Below, in pieces: positions 19,445 through 29,731 of a stretch of 64,000 nt of DNA (position 1 is the first letter of the stretch; each line of letters opens with the position of its first letter). The notes below the pieces were generated by a model that did not search any database, was not told the origin of the DNA, and saw only the letters and a program-made list of their open reading frames with translations. The stretch lies in sequence record NC_005083.2; one strand, 5' to 3'. The position numbers and the translations under genes are program-made.

Positions 19445-20496
19445 CATTTCACCATTTTGATTTGAATCTGATTGTCCATGTAAGCCATTTTCTTTTCAAA
19501 TTCAACATCATATTCTGGTCGATGTTCGTATTCGACTGAAAGCATTTGCTTCAGACAACGGTACAATTCCGACTTGTAATACCCTTCTTTCATTCCCTTC
19601 ATCTGTTCATATTGCTTTTTCATAGCAGCTTTGATTATCTTCGGGTCCATGAATTTGATTGACATTTCTCGCGGTGCTTTTACTGTGCCAAAGTCAACAA
19701 ACACCTGAGCCTTTTCAGCTACTTGAATGAAGTCATAAATCGTGTCATAACTCATTCGACTTAGCGTGTGGTGCATACAAACATGTTTGCTATGTTCTTT
19801 TAGCAACGGTACATTTGCAAGCATCAAGTCGTGGTCGATGTTCTGACGAATGTATTCGTTGCGCTCTTTTCCGCCGTCACATGAAATTGTAAACACTAGA
19901 CGATGTTTGTACTTTTTACATATGGCTAGAATCTTCTTCGCAAGTGGCGTATGCAACACAGTACCATTTGTCAGAATGTAAACTTCCGCATTTGTTTCTT
20001 CCATGACTTCAGTCAGAACTTCGACTGTTCTCTTGTCCATGAACGGTTCGCCGCCGTATAGCACAACAGTTTCAACACCCTTCGGGATACTGAAATCGAG
20101 TTGTGTGTAATCGTAATGGTCGTCAATGTCATACAAGTCCATGTATGTTTTGCTATTCTTGCCATAGCACATTCGACACGCTAGGTTACATTTGTTTGAC
20201 ATCAATATTTGAATTGTTCTAGGATGCTCTTCGAGTGCTTCATATTCGAAGTACTTCTGATCAGACAATTCGCCATAACTCATACATTCTTTGCAGTATT
20301 CTGGTAAAGTGTCATACTCAAACATTTTGGCACGATGTTCATTGATGATGTCACTGTGCCACCAGTCTTCAACGTTCGGGAATGGTTCACTTAGCTGAGA
20401 ACAGCAAATGTGATACCCATCAGGTTTTGCGTCACGTGTATTAAAGGGAGAGCCACAAAGTGGTCTCTTCCCGTCTTTAAATCCGAATTTATCCAT
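19444..20496 (-). CDS. radical SAM protein with N-terminal Cys segment
   Basis: CNLACRMC, YGGEPF, LTNGT, SCDG. Confidence 0.85.
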   Translation of the reverse strand: MDKFGFKDGKRPLCGSPFNTRDAKPDGYHICCSQLSEPFPNVEDWWHSDIINEHRAKMFEYDTLPEYCKECMSYGELSDQKYFEYEALEEHPRTIQILMSNKCNLACRMCYGKNSKTYMDLYDIDDHYDYTQLDFSIPKGVETVVLYGGEPFMDKRTVEVLTEVMEETNAEVYILTNGTVLHTPLAKKILAICKKYKHRLVFTISCDGGKERNEYIRQNIDHDLMLANVPLLKEHSKHVCMHHTLSRMSYDTIYDFIQVAEKAQVFVDFGTVKAPREMSIKFMDPKIIKAAMKKQYEQMKGMKEGYYKSELYRCLKQMLSVEYEHRPEYDVEFEKKMAYMDNQIQIKMVK

Positions 20497-20789
20497 TAAT
20501 CTAGCTCATCAAGAAGTGATTGAAATTCCTCGTCGCGTTCAGCGTCGATTGTACCAGTCATCAACTCTGTTAGAGTCTTCAACGACTTGATCTCTGGTGG
20601 TTGAGGGCGTAGATCTTCGAGAATGTGAATGATTGACTCGGCTGGGAGATCGTGATTTACGATCTCATCTGGCAGGTGGTGTTTGTAAACGCAGTCGTCG
20701 CCCCAATCAATAACTACTGCATGTTCCCATTTGTCGATTTCTAGTATTTTAAAATTTGGTTTCATCATAAGCCCCAGAGTTCTTTCCAA
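20496..20789 (-). CDS. hypothetical protein
   Basis: coupled between glycosyltransferase and radical SAM genes. Confidence 0.55.
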   Translation of the reverse strand: MERTLGLMMKPNFKILEIDKWEHAVVIDWGDDCVYKHHLPDEIVNHDLPAESIIHILEDLRPQPPEIKSLKTLTELMTGTIDAERDEEFQSLLDELD

Positions 20790-21766
20790 TGTGTTTTAGC
20801 ATCTTGTCGATACTTCTCAATGTCAAATTTTTGATATTTCTGTTCGATTGCATCATCAATGACGCGAATCAACGTATCATTGTTTATATCAGCACGAATC
20901 ACTGGGAAAATAAAATCCCTTGTGTAAGGTGCGTCATGCTGAACAATACAAGGTATGTACTGACATGCTTCTAATAACGCATATGGCATAATCTCGATTC
21001 TAGACATATGAAGCAAAACTTTACTTTTCATCATATGTGCCATGACTCGCTCACGCCGCTGACAAGTTTCGACTATACAATCAACACCATTCGGGATTCT
21101 TATTGATTCGGTTGTGAATAGACGAATTTTAAGACCGCTGTATGCAAGCGCGTTTAGCATTTCGGGTATCTGCTTACGTTTGTATGCACCTGACACGATA
21201 ATCACGTCAGACTCTTCAGCAGCGTCAATATCAGCTTGTGATATGGACGGAAGCTCAAAAGGTTCAAATGCAGTCACATGTTTGCCACCGATTACTTCTC
21301 GACCCCATTGTGCAATCCCGTTCGATTGAGCAATGTTAGTGACTAATGACGTTGACATCATGTGTCGCCATTGAGGTAAGTTGTAAATTTGATGAATGTC
21401 CATGTATTCGCGATATGAATCTGGTACTATCAAGTCACCGAAATGATGTTGGTTGTAACAACGGCGCTTCGCTTCGATACATGCGCGGAGTGCTTCATAT
21501 GAATGCGTATAGATAATCGCTTCGCTATCAATCGCGTTGATAACCATTGCGTTTGCCTTGTAGTCTTTATAAGACCGTTTCGTTAAAATGAAGTCACACC
21601 CGAAATCCCATTTACTCACGTGCGGACACGATTCGTCTCCGAGTACAATAACTTTGACATCACAGTTTAGTGATTGCATTAAACGAACGTGATCTTGAAT
21701 GAATGTGTAAATACCGCCGCCAATTCCCAACATAAAGTCAGTTACTACGTAGCGAACTTTTTTCAT
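20765..21766 (-). CDS. GT-B glycosyltransferase (GT4-like)
   Basis: GIGGG near N-terminus; SRIE..P...LEA nucleotide-sugar motif. Confidence 0.75.
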   Translation of the reverse strand: MKKVRYVVTDFMLGIGGGIYTFIQDHVRLMQSLNCDVKVIVLGDESCPHVSKWDFGCDFILTKRSYKDYKANAMVINAIDSEAIIYTHSYEALRACIEAKRRCYNQHHFGDLIVPDSYREYMDIHQIYNLPQWRHMMSTSLVTNIAQSNGIAQWGREVIGGKHVTAFEPFELPSISQADIDAAEESDVIIVSGAYKRKQIPEMLNALAYSGLKIRLFTTESIRIPNGVDCIVETCQRRERVMAHMMKSKVLLHMSRIEIMPYALLEACQYIPCIVQHDAPYTRDFIFPVIRADINNDTLIRVIDDAIEQKYQKFDIEKYRQDAKTHWKELWGL

Positions 21767-21835
21767 AAAAAGTGTTGACTCCTACTGTGTTTGTCTGTAG
21801 ACTAATTGTATCTCAAGCAGAATGGGAATTAAACA

Positions 21836-22042
21836 ATGCGACTATTATCTCAAGACTTAGTTCGCTTGCGTGTAGAAGAGCTACCGTTCGTGAATTTAAG
21901 TGTTGAAACGCAGATCAAAATATGCGATTATCTCAACACTCTAGATGATGAGACTATTTACTCGCTTGAGAAGCATACTGAGACACCGCAAGGTGCAAGA
22001 AAACTATTAAACTTTCTATTAAAGAAGATTGGAGACACATAA
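21836..22042 (+). CDS. hypothetical protein
   Basis: short ORF with RBS. Confidence 0.5.
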   Translation: MRLLSQDLVRLRVEELPFVNLSVETQIKICDYLNTLDDETIYSLEKHTETPQGARKLLNFLLKKIGDT

Positions 22043-22043
22043 T

Positions 22044-22520
22044 ATGGCATATGAATCAGTTTTTAACGGTACAAACCGTTACAAAGTTCTACGTGAAGGT
22101 CGTGAATACATCAACAAAGTTGCACATCGTCATGGCGCAGTTGACAAAGGTATTTACGTCACTATGGACTATCACGTGATTGTTCGCATCATGGATCATT
22201 CGTTCCCTGCACGTGTATTTGAAATCATCGTTGGTCGATTGATCAAAAATCACCAAGACGAGATTTTGAAAATCGCGAATATGCCAGCAGAAGAACGACC
22301 GAAGCACATCAATGTGTACGGCAACAAGCCAGATTCACCGTACATGGTTGGCATTACAATCAACAAAGCGCAAACAGGTAAAGTTTATGTGAACTTGAGA
22401 ACGTGCTATAAAGAACGCAACAGCAAATACCGTCAACGCATCATCGAAGCATACAAGATTCGTGTAAAATCTTCTTCAGAACTTGAAGGCGCAGAAAGTG
22501 AGGTTGATTCAGATCAATAA
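22044..22520 (+). CDS. hypothetical protein
   Basis: ggag RBS before ATG 22044. Confidence 0.6.
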   Translation: MAYESVFNGTNRYKVLREGREYINKVAHRHGAVDKGIYVTMDYHVIVRIMDHSFPARVFEIIVGRLIKNHQDEILKIANMPAEERPKHINVYGNKPDSPYMVGITINKAQTGKVYVNLRTCYKERNSKYRQRIIEAYKIRVKSSSELEGAESEVDSDQ

Positions 22521-22552
22521 ATAGAAAACAATTAACAAACGAGGGAATTTTG

Positions 22553-24778
22553 ATGCTTGTAGTGAAGTCTTCTGGCATTACAGAAGAATTTGAAGAAAGT
22601 AAATTGATGCGCGTACTTAGTGACGCATGTAAGAATACGACAATTGATCCACATCAATTACTTGCCCGCGTGAAAGCTCAACTTAGCGACGGGATGACGA
22701 GCAAAGACATTCAAAAGGCAGCGATCAAAATCGCTGCCGATAGCATTTCAGTAGAAGAGCCAGATTATCAATACGTCGCGGCTCGACTGGCTATGTATGG
22801 TCTTCGCAAAGATGTATATGGTCAATTCGACCCTATTCCATTCAAACAACTCATTGAAAGAAACACTGCAATCGAAGTTTACGATTCCGAGATTCTTGAA
22901 AAATGGTCAGACTCAGAACTAGAATACCTGGAATCTCAAGTCAAGCATGAGCGCGACTTTGATTTTGCGTATGCAGGTGTAATGCAATTCAAAGAAAAAT
23001 ACTTGTGCAAAAACCGTGGTACTGGTGCGATTTACGAAACACCGCAATATGCTTACATGCTCATTGCTATGTGTTTGCACCAAGAAGAGAAATACGACCG
23101 ATTAAAGCACGTTATTGACTTTTATAACGCTGTTTCAACTCAAAAACTTTCGCTACCTACACCGATTATGGCAGGCGTTCGTACCCCGACACGTCAATTT
23201 AGCTCGTGTGTGAAAATCGAATCTGGCGACTCGCTGCGTTCGATCAACAAGGTATCTGAAGCTATCGTTGATTACATTAGTAAACGTGCGGGTATTGGCG
23301 TAAACGGTGGTGCAATTCGAGCAGAGGGTTCGGTTGTACGTGCGGGTGAAATTCGTCACACTGGCGTAATTCCTTTCTGGAAACACTTTCAGACTGCGGT
23401 TAAATCGTGTTCTCAAGGTGGTGTACGTGGCGGTGCTGCGACTCTGACTTACCCGATCTGGCACTTAGAAGTAGAAAAGCTTCTTGTTCTGAAGAACAAC
23501 AAAGGTGTTGAAGAGAACCGTATTCGTCATCTTGACTACAGCGTATCAATTAACCGATTGATGATGCAACGCCTGGTTAATAACGAGTACATCACGCTAT
23601 TCAGCCCCGATGAGCGTCACGGTGCGCTTTACGGTGAGTATCACACAAACCCAGAAGAGTTTGAGCGTCTTTACCTAGAGCTTGAAGCTGATCCGAAAGT
23701 GCGCAAGAAACGCATCAAGGCAACTGAACTATTCAGTATCTTTGGTCAAGAGCGTTCAAGTACGGGTCGTATCTACCCGATCTTCGTAGATAACTTGAAT
23801 GCACAGTCACCGTACATCGAAGCAATCAAGCAATCTAACTTGTGTATGGAAATCGCGCTACCGACGTACCCGCTTGGTACTTCATATGAAGAAATCGCAC
23901 TTTGTACGCTTGCTGCTTACAACTTAGGTGCAATCGAATCGCCGAGTGAATTTGCTCGACTGGCGCCAATCGTTATTCGTGCGCTTGATAATCTACTAGA
24001 TTACCAAGATTATCCAGTAGAAGCCGCTGAAAAAGCAAAATATCGTCGCGCATTGGGTATCGGTATCACTAACTTTGCATATTTCTTGGCAAAGAACTTC
24101 GTTGGATACGACTCATCAGCTAAGTATCTCGTGCATGAATGGATGGAAGCAATGTCTTACTACAACATTCAAGCATCAATGATGTTAGCAAAAGAGCGTG
24201 GCGCGAACAAATGGCATCGTAAGACGCGCTGGGCTAAAGGTCAGTTGCCAATTGACTGGTACAATAAAAATGTTGATAAGCTTGTCAAGCCGAATTATAA
24301 TCTAGACTGGGAAGCACTTCGCGCTGACGTAATTCGTTACGGTATGCGAAATGACACCACTTCAGCTTTCATGCCATGTGAAAGTAGTTCTCAGATTAGC
24401 AACAGCACGAACGGTATTGAGCCACCACGTGGTCTAGTATCGACTAAGCAATCAAAAGATGGCGTTTTCAACCAAGTTGTGCCTGAAGTTGACTTGCTGA
24501 AAGATGAATACGGACTTGCGTGGAAAGTTTGCGAAAAAGATAACTTTGGTTATCTGACGCTAGTTGCAATCATGCAGAAGTTTGTTGATCAAAGCATTTC
24601 AGCGAACCAATATTACGATCCTTCTAAATTCCCAAATGGGAAGATTCCGATGGAACGTATTTTTGAAGAACTAGCGTTCTGTAGCCATTACGGTATCAAG
24701 ACTCTTTATTATTCTAACACTCGTGACGGTGCTGACGGCACTGAAGACGGGGAAGACTGTGACGGTTGCAAAGTTTAA
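22553..24778 (+). CDS. nrdA: class Ia ribonucleotide reductase alpha subunit
   Basis: ATP cone, TPTRQFSSC, SQGGVRGG, QSNLCMEI, C-terminal CDGC. Confidence 0.98.
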   Translation: MLVVKSSGITEEFEESKLMRVLSDACKNTTIDPHQLLARVKAQLSDGMTSKDIQKAAIKIAADSISVEEPDYQYVAARLAMYGLRKDVYGQFDPIPFKQLIERNTAIEVYDSEILEKWSDSELEYLESQVKHERDFDFAYAGVMQFKEKYLCKNRGTGAIYETPQYAYMLIAMCLHQEEKYDRLKHVIDFYNAVSTQKLSLPTPIMAGVRTPTRQFSSCVKIESGDSLRSINKVSEAIVDYISKRAGIGVNGGAIRAEGSVVRAGEIRHTGVIPFWKHFQTAVKSCSQGGVRGGAATLTYPIWHLEVEKLLVLKNNKGVEENRIRHLDYSVSINRLMMQRLVNNEYITLFSPDERHGALYGEYHTNPEEFERLYLELEADPKVRKKRIKATELFSIFGQERSSTGRIYPIFVDNLNAQSPYIEAIKQSNLCMEIALPTYPLGTSYEEIALCTLAAYNLGAIESPSEFARLAPIVIRALDNLLDYQDYPVEAAEKAKYRRALGIGITNFAYFLAKNFVGYDSSAKYLVHEWMEAMSYYNIQASMMLAKERGANKWHRKTRWAKGQLPIDWYNKNVDKLVKPNYNLDWEALRADVIRYGMRNDTTSAFMPCESSSQISNSTNGIEPPRGLVSTKQSKDGVFNQVVPEVDLLKDEYGLAWKVCEKDNFGYLTLVAIMQKFVDQSISANQYYDPSKFPNGKIPMERIFEELAFCSHYGIKTLYYSNTRDGADGTEDGEDCDGCKV

Positions 24779-24787
24779 GGTAGATAC

Positions 24788-25912
24788 ATGTCTAAGACGA
24801 TTTTCAATAAAAATAAGGTTGACCATCTTGGTCAACCTCTTTTCTTGGGCGAAGACCCAAACATTTCACGATTCGAAACGGTGAAACACGGCGTATTCGA
24901 ACAGCTTACTGAAAAACAACTTTCATTCTTCTGGCGACCAGAAGAAGTCGATTTGACTCTTGACTCTCAAGAATTTGATCGAATGCCCGAACACTGGAAA
25001 CACGTGTTCACGCAAAATCTGAAGTATCAATCACTGCTAGACTCAGTGCAGGGTCGTGCGCCTAATATCGCGTTCTTGCCTATCTGTAGTGACAACTCGC
25101 TTGAAAACTGGATCACTACGTGGGACTTCAGTGAAACTATTCACAGTCGCTCTTACACGCACATCATGCGCAACTTGTATTCAAACCCGAGTGCGGTGTT
25201 TGACGAAATTGTTCTTGACAAGTCAATCATGGCACGTGCTGAAGCAGTTACCGAGCATTATGACAAGCTAATTGCCGAAACGCAAAAGCTAAATCAGCTC
25301 AAAACTATGAATCTAGATGAAGCTCACATTCTTATGCAAGAGAGTGCAGTGAAAGAAGCTCTTTATCTGTGTATGCACGCAGTAAATGCTCTTGAAGCTA
25401 TTCGATTCTACGTTTCATTCGCGTGTACGTTCAACTTTGCCGAGCAAGGCATTATGGAAGGTAACGCTAAAGTAATGAAGCTGATTGCTCGTGATGAACA
25501 GCTTCACTTGAAAGGTACACAAGCGTTAATCAGCATCTGGCAGAACTACAAAGACGACCCAGAAATGGCAGAAATTTCGCTTCGCCTTCAACCAGAAGCC
25601 GAAAAGATTTTCATGCAAGTCGTTGATCAAGAGAAAGAATGGGCACATTCTCTGTTCTCACAAGGTACAGTTCCAGGTCTAAACGCTCAAATTCTTTGTG
25701 AATATGTTGAATATCTTGCAGATAGTCGTATGCGTTCAGTTGGTTTGAATAGTCCGTACCCTCGACGTAAACACCCACTTCCATGGATTCGTAAGTGGCT
25801 AAATAGTGATTCAGTACAAGTAGCAGCGCAAGAAGCTGAACTTAGTTCGTACCTTGTTGGTCAGATTGACTCGACAGTACGCCCTGAATTCCTAAAAACG
25901 TTAGAGGTGTAA
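24788..25912 (+). CDS. nrdB: ribonucleotide reductase beta subunit
   Basis: FFWRPEEV, ETIHSRSY, EAIRFYVSF, RDEQLH. Confidence 0.98.
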   Translation: MSKTIFNKNKVDHLGQPLFLGEDPNISRFETVKHGVFEQLTEKQLSFFWRPEEVDLTLDSQEFDRMPEHWKHVFTQNLKYQSLLDSVQGRAPNIAFLPICSDNSLENWITTWDFSETIHSRSYTHIMRNLYSNPSAVFDEIVLDKSIMARAEAVTEHYDKLIAETQKLNQLKTMNLDEAHILMQESAVKEALYLCMHAVNALEAIRFYVSFACTFNFAEQGIMEGNAKVMKLIARDEQLHLKGTQALISIWQNYKDDPEMAEISLRLQPEAEKIFMQVVDQEKEWAHSLFSQGTVPGLNAQILCEYVEYLADSRMRSVGLNSPYPRRKHPLPWIRKWLNSDSVQVAAQEAELSSYLVGQIDSTVRPEFLKTLEV

Positions 25913-25913
25913 T

Positions 25914-26213
25914 TTGGTAGAAATATTTGGTTGGGACGAAAGCGATTTTCGCTGCGTTCCTTGCTTGAAAGCAAAACGACTAGCTGAAACACGCGGCATG
26001 ATCTTTGACTTCATCCCGCTTGCAAAAGAAAAGGTAACAGACGCACACAAACACAATCGCGAAGAACTAGAAAGGCGAATGCATGAAATGGGTAAAGAGC
26101 TAAAGACTCTCCCACAAGTGTTCTTCGACGGTGTTCATGTGGGTGGTTTTGACGACTTCAAGGCTAAGATACATTCCATTGAAGAAGCTCGTTGGGATGC
26201 ACGCATCAAATAA
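25914..26213 (+). CDS. nrdC: glutaredoxin (T4 NrdC-like)
   Basis: FGWD...CVPC, TLPQVF..G..VGGFD; TTG start. Confidence 0.9.
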   Translation: MVEIFGWDESDFRCVPCLKAKRLAETRGMIFDFIPLAKEKVTDAHKHNREELERRMHEMGKELKTLPQVFFDGVHVGGFDDFKAKIHSIEEARWDARIK

Positions 26214-26287
26214 TTAAAGAAAAGGGTTGACAGATGTCAGCCCTTTTTTGTATGCTTCGTTTGCTAAATCGACAAAGAGTGAGAAAT

Positions 26288-26860
26288 ATGAAAAAGCTAA
26301 TGACACTGCTTCTAGCAGTTTGCGCGTTCAATGCATCTGCAAGCAATGTATGTCACGTCAAGTTCAACGGTCAAGAACTATCCGAGAAGCAATGGCACAA
26401 TGTTCGTGCTGTGTTCATCAACGGTTGGTACAATGACTTGAGTTGGTCACTTGCTGCTATCGCTATTGTCGAATCTAGTGCTGGTGAGCAAATGATTAAC
26501 AATCGAACGAAAGATTATGGTTTGATGCAAAACAACATCAAAACTGCGACTGCTCGATTGAAACGTTGGGAGAAAGCAGGTCGAGACTTCGGTCCCTATG
26601 ATCTCAACAATCCAGAAGATGTAAAAACAATATTGCTTACTGACCGTACGGTTTCCGTTCAGCTTGCCATTGAAGAGCTTGAATACTGGAAGAAGATACG
26701 CGGTAAAAACAACTGGCGTGAAATCTATGCGAGTTACAATGGGGGTTTTTACAAAGATAAAACATGGGAAGCGCGTGCTGAAAAGTACTCTGAAAAAATC
26801 GTAATGACTATGCGCAAACTAAAACCTTGCAAAGAGCAACTATTGAGAGGGTTATACTAA
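26288..26860 (+). CDS. SLT-family lytic transglycosylase with signal peptide
   Basis: AIAIVESS, YGLMQ, ASYNGG. Confidence 0.85.
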   Translation: MKKLMTLLLAVCAFNASASNVCHVKFNGQELSEKQWHNVRAVFINGWYNDLSWSLAAIAIVESSAGEQMINNRTKDYGLMQNNIKTATARLKRWEKAGRDFGPYDLNNPEDVKTILLTDRTVSVQLAIEELEYWKKIRGKNNWREIYASYNGGFYKDKTWEARAEKYSEKIVMTMRKLKPCKEQLLRGLY

Positions 26861-27045
26861 TGGGACAGATATTAATTTGGGCAACTGCGTGGGCGATTGT
26901 GATGAACAATCAGTGGATGTTGAAAATCTTTTGTGCGTTTGGTTGGCACACGTGGGAATATACGAAAGGCAGTAAGCGCGTATGTAAGCATTGCCAGAAG
27001 CGTCAAAGCCTAATTCGTGTCGGTAATGACACTGAATGGAAATAA
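26860..27045 (+). CDS. small Cys/His protein (DUF1660-like)
   Basis: CAFGWHTW...CKHC. Confidence 0.55.
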   Translation: MGQILIWATAWAIVMNNQWMLKIFCAFGWHTWEYTKGSKRVCKHCQKRQSLIRVGNDTEWK

Positions 27046-27144
27046 ATTAAAAAAAATGAAAAAAGTGGTTGCGTTGGTCTCAAAAATCATTAATATAGAC
27101 GGTGTTGAAGAGAACAACGCAACTAACTAAAGAGAGAACATTAT

Positions 27145-28149
27145 ATGCAAGCTATCATCACTAACGCACTTTACCGCAACACTGAAATCAACGGCACTTA
27201 CACTCTAATCGAGAAAGTTTGGAATAGCTCAGACGCAGCACCAAAAAATGGTCGTATGAAAATCATGCTTGACGGTGCAGTACGTACTATTCGCGTTAAC
27301 AAAGAAGACGTGCAATACGTTGATGAAGCTGACGCATCACAAACAGCAATCCCTGCACTTGCACCAGTGATTGAAGCTGAAACTGAAGAGCAAATCGCAC
27401 AACGCATCACTGAAGCGTTTGAAGCAATGGACATTTTCACAGTAGGTGCTATCGCTGGTCACGTTAAATCGCTGATTATCTCTGGTGCAGCAGGTGTTGG
27501 TAAGACGTTCACACTTGAGCGCGAACTAAACAAAGCTCAAGATCGCGGTGACATCAACTTCAAGAAAGTTGCTGGTACATGTTCTGGTATCGGTCTGTTC
27601 ACTAAGCTTTGGGAATGTCGCAACCCAGGTGATGTTCTTCTTCTAGATGACGTAGACGTTTTCAAAGACGAAGATCAGCTAAACCTTCTTAAAGCAGCAC
27701 TAGACACTGGTGAAGAGCGTTGGGTTTCTTGGATGAAAGCAAGTTCTTACCTAGAAGAGCAAGGTATCGAACAAGAATTCTTGTTTGAAGGTACAGTAAT
27801 CTTTATCTCAAACAAAGACTTCGACCGCGAACTTGATGCAAACACAAAGTTATCACCGCACTTCAGCGCACTGATTTCACGTAGCATCTACCTTGATCTT
27901 GGTGTTCACACTAAAGAAGAAATCATGGTTCGCATCAAGCAAGTTGTTACAGCAACTACAATGCTCGAAGATCTTGGTCTAAACGGCGAGCAGATTGCTG
28001 AAATGCTAGTGTGGATTGAAAAGCACATGCTTGAACTGCGTACACTATCACTACGCACATGTTTACACATTGCAGACATGATGCTAACATCGCCTACTAA
28101 ATGGGAAATGCTTGCGAAGATGACTATGCTATCTAAGAAGCGTAAATAA
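27145..28149 (+). CDS. AAA+ ATPase
   Basis: GAAGVGKT, LLLDDVD, FISN, ALISR; early leader. Confidence 0.85.
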   Translation: MQAIITNALYRNTEINGTYTLIEKVWNSSDAAPKNGRMKIMLDGAVRTIRVNKEDVQYVDEADASQTAIPALAPVIEAETEEQIAQRITEAFEAMDIFTVGAIAGHVKSLIISGAAGVGKTFTLERELNKAQDRGDINFKKVAGTCSGIGLFTKLWECRNPGDVLLLDDVDVFKDEDQLNLLKAALDTGEERWVSWMKASSYLEEQGIEQEFLFEGTVIFISNKDFDRELDANTKLSPHFSALISRSIYLDLGVHTKEEIMVRIKQVVTATTMLEDLGLNGEQIAEMLVWIEKHMLELRTLSLRTCLHIADMMLTSPTKWEMLAKMTMLSKKRK

Positions 28150-28194
28150 ACTCTTTGAGGGGCTGAAAAGCCCCGTTTTTCATATGAGGGATAT

Positions 28195-29481
28195 ATGCAA
28201 CGTACACTATCAAGTATCGTTAATGACGAAGCGTTAGAATACGCTATGTATACCATCGAGAACCGCGCACTGGCAAACGGGATTGATGGACTTAAACCTG
28301 TTCAGCGATTTGTTCTGTACAACGTGATTAAAGACGCTAGTACATCGTTTGACAAGGTCGCAGCGTTAGGTAGCTCAGTGTCAAAGATTGGTTACAATCA
28401 CGGTGAGACTTCGGCACAAGACGCTCTAGCACTAATGGCAGCAGAATGGCAGAACAATGTCCCGATTGTACAAGGTCGCGGCAACTTCGGTTCTCGAATG
28501 GTTAAAGAGTCGGCTTCTGCTCGTTACGTTTATGCAAAACTGCATGACAATTTTGATCTGTACTTCAAAGACATTCACTTGTCGCCTGAACATAAAGATC
28601 TCGAACACGTACCGCCACAGTTTTATGTGCCTGTACTTCCGATGATTCTCATGAACGGTGTTCAAGGGATTGCGACGGGTTTCGCGTGTAACATTCTACC
28701 CCATGACCCTGAGTGGGTTAAGAAAGCTGTTCTTGAATATCTAGCGGGTAAAGAAATCAGTGAACCAGTTGTTAAGTTCCCTGAGTTTTACGGCAAGATT
28801 GAAAAGCTCGAACATAACAAATATGCTCAGATTGGTACAGTTGAAATTAGCGGTCTGACTGCGGTTGTTACTGAAATCCCGACAGGGTTCGATCACGCGA
28901 AATACATCATTGAACTTGACAAACTCGTTGAGAAAGGTAAAATCAGTAGCTACGTAGACGAGACTAGCGAAACGTTTCAGTTTCGTGTGCGATTCAAACG
29001 TGGCGCGAAGATGACTGAAGAATCTGTAATCAAGACTCTGAAGTTGCAAAGCACATTCACGCAGAACATCAACGTCATCGACGAGAACTATCAAATTCGT
29101 CATTTTGACGACGTGAGAGAACTTGTGAAGTGGTTTGTTGATTTTCGCATGTCGTTCTTACCTAAACGCATTCAAGACTCGACAGAGCGCACAGAGAAGC
29201 GTGCTTCTCTAGCAATTGCAAAAGTTGAGTTTATCAAACGTGTTGTTTCGGGTACAATTATATTATTCGGTAAGAAGCGTGCTGAAGTAGCAGCAGAACT
29301 TAAAGCCGATGAAGCATTTTCTGAGCATGTTACAGAGCTTCTAAATATGTCGGTCGACAAAATGACTGACGATGAGATTGCTCGGCTTGAGAAAGATGCC
29401 ACAGTGGCTCAGAAAGAACTTTCTTACTGGCAGAAAACAACTGCTCAGAAAGAGTTTATCAAAGACATCAAGGCAATATAA
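28195..29481 (+). CDS. 52: DNA topoisomerase II medium subunit gp52
   Basis: DGLKPVQR, YNHGE, GNFGSR, SARYVY. Confidence 0.95.
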   Translation: MQRTLSSIVNDEALEYAMYTIENRALANGIDGLKPVQRFVLYNVIKDASTSFDKVAALGSSVSKIGYNHGETSAQDALALMAAEWQNNVPIVQGRGNFGSRMVKESASARYVYAKLHDNFDLYFKDIHLSPEHKDLEHVPPQFYVPVLPMILMNGVQGIATGFACNILPHDPEWVKKAVLEYLAGKEISEPVVKFPEFYGKIEKLEHNKYAQIGTVEISGLTAVVTEIPTGFDHAKYIIELDKLVEKGKISSYVDETSETFQFRVRFKRGAKMTEESVIKTLKLQSTFTQNINVIDENYQIRHFDDVRELVKWFVDFRMSFLPKRIQDSTERTEKRASLAIAKVEFIKRVVSGTIILFGKKRAEVAAELKADEAFSEHVTELLNMSVDKMTDDEIARLEKDATVAQKELSYWQKTTAQKEFIKDIKAI

Positions 29482-29723
29482 TGAATATTATCGTCGAAAA
29501 CGGCAACATTTTGCCGACTGATCAAGCGACGTTATTTGCTGACGAAGAAGTATTGAGAGTGCCTGGCACTTTCAATCTTACTGACTTGGTTTGTCATCTT
29601 GGTCTTTACAAATCAAAATCACAAGCCAGACAAGCGAATCGTGTCGGTGAAATTCCGACTGGTTACACTGAATTTAAAGGCAATAAGAAAACGCCTTTGT
29701 ACGTCTGGAATCCAACAGAGTAA
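29481..29723 (+). CDS. S4-like RNA-binding domain protein
   Basis: L..LGLYKSKSQARQ resembles TyrRS C-terminal S4 motif. Confidence 0.5.
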   Translation: MNIIVENGNILPTDQATLFADEEVLRVPGTFNLTDLVCHLGLYKSKSQARQANRVGEIPTGYTEFKGNKKTPLYVWNPTE

Positions 29724-29731
29724 GGTAAATT

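Noticed and set aside
22553-29481. introns, inteins or homing endonucleases in nrdA, nrdB or gene 52
   Set aside because: ORFs are continuous and of normal length; no HNH, GIY-YIG or LAGLIDADG motifs recognised.
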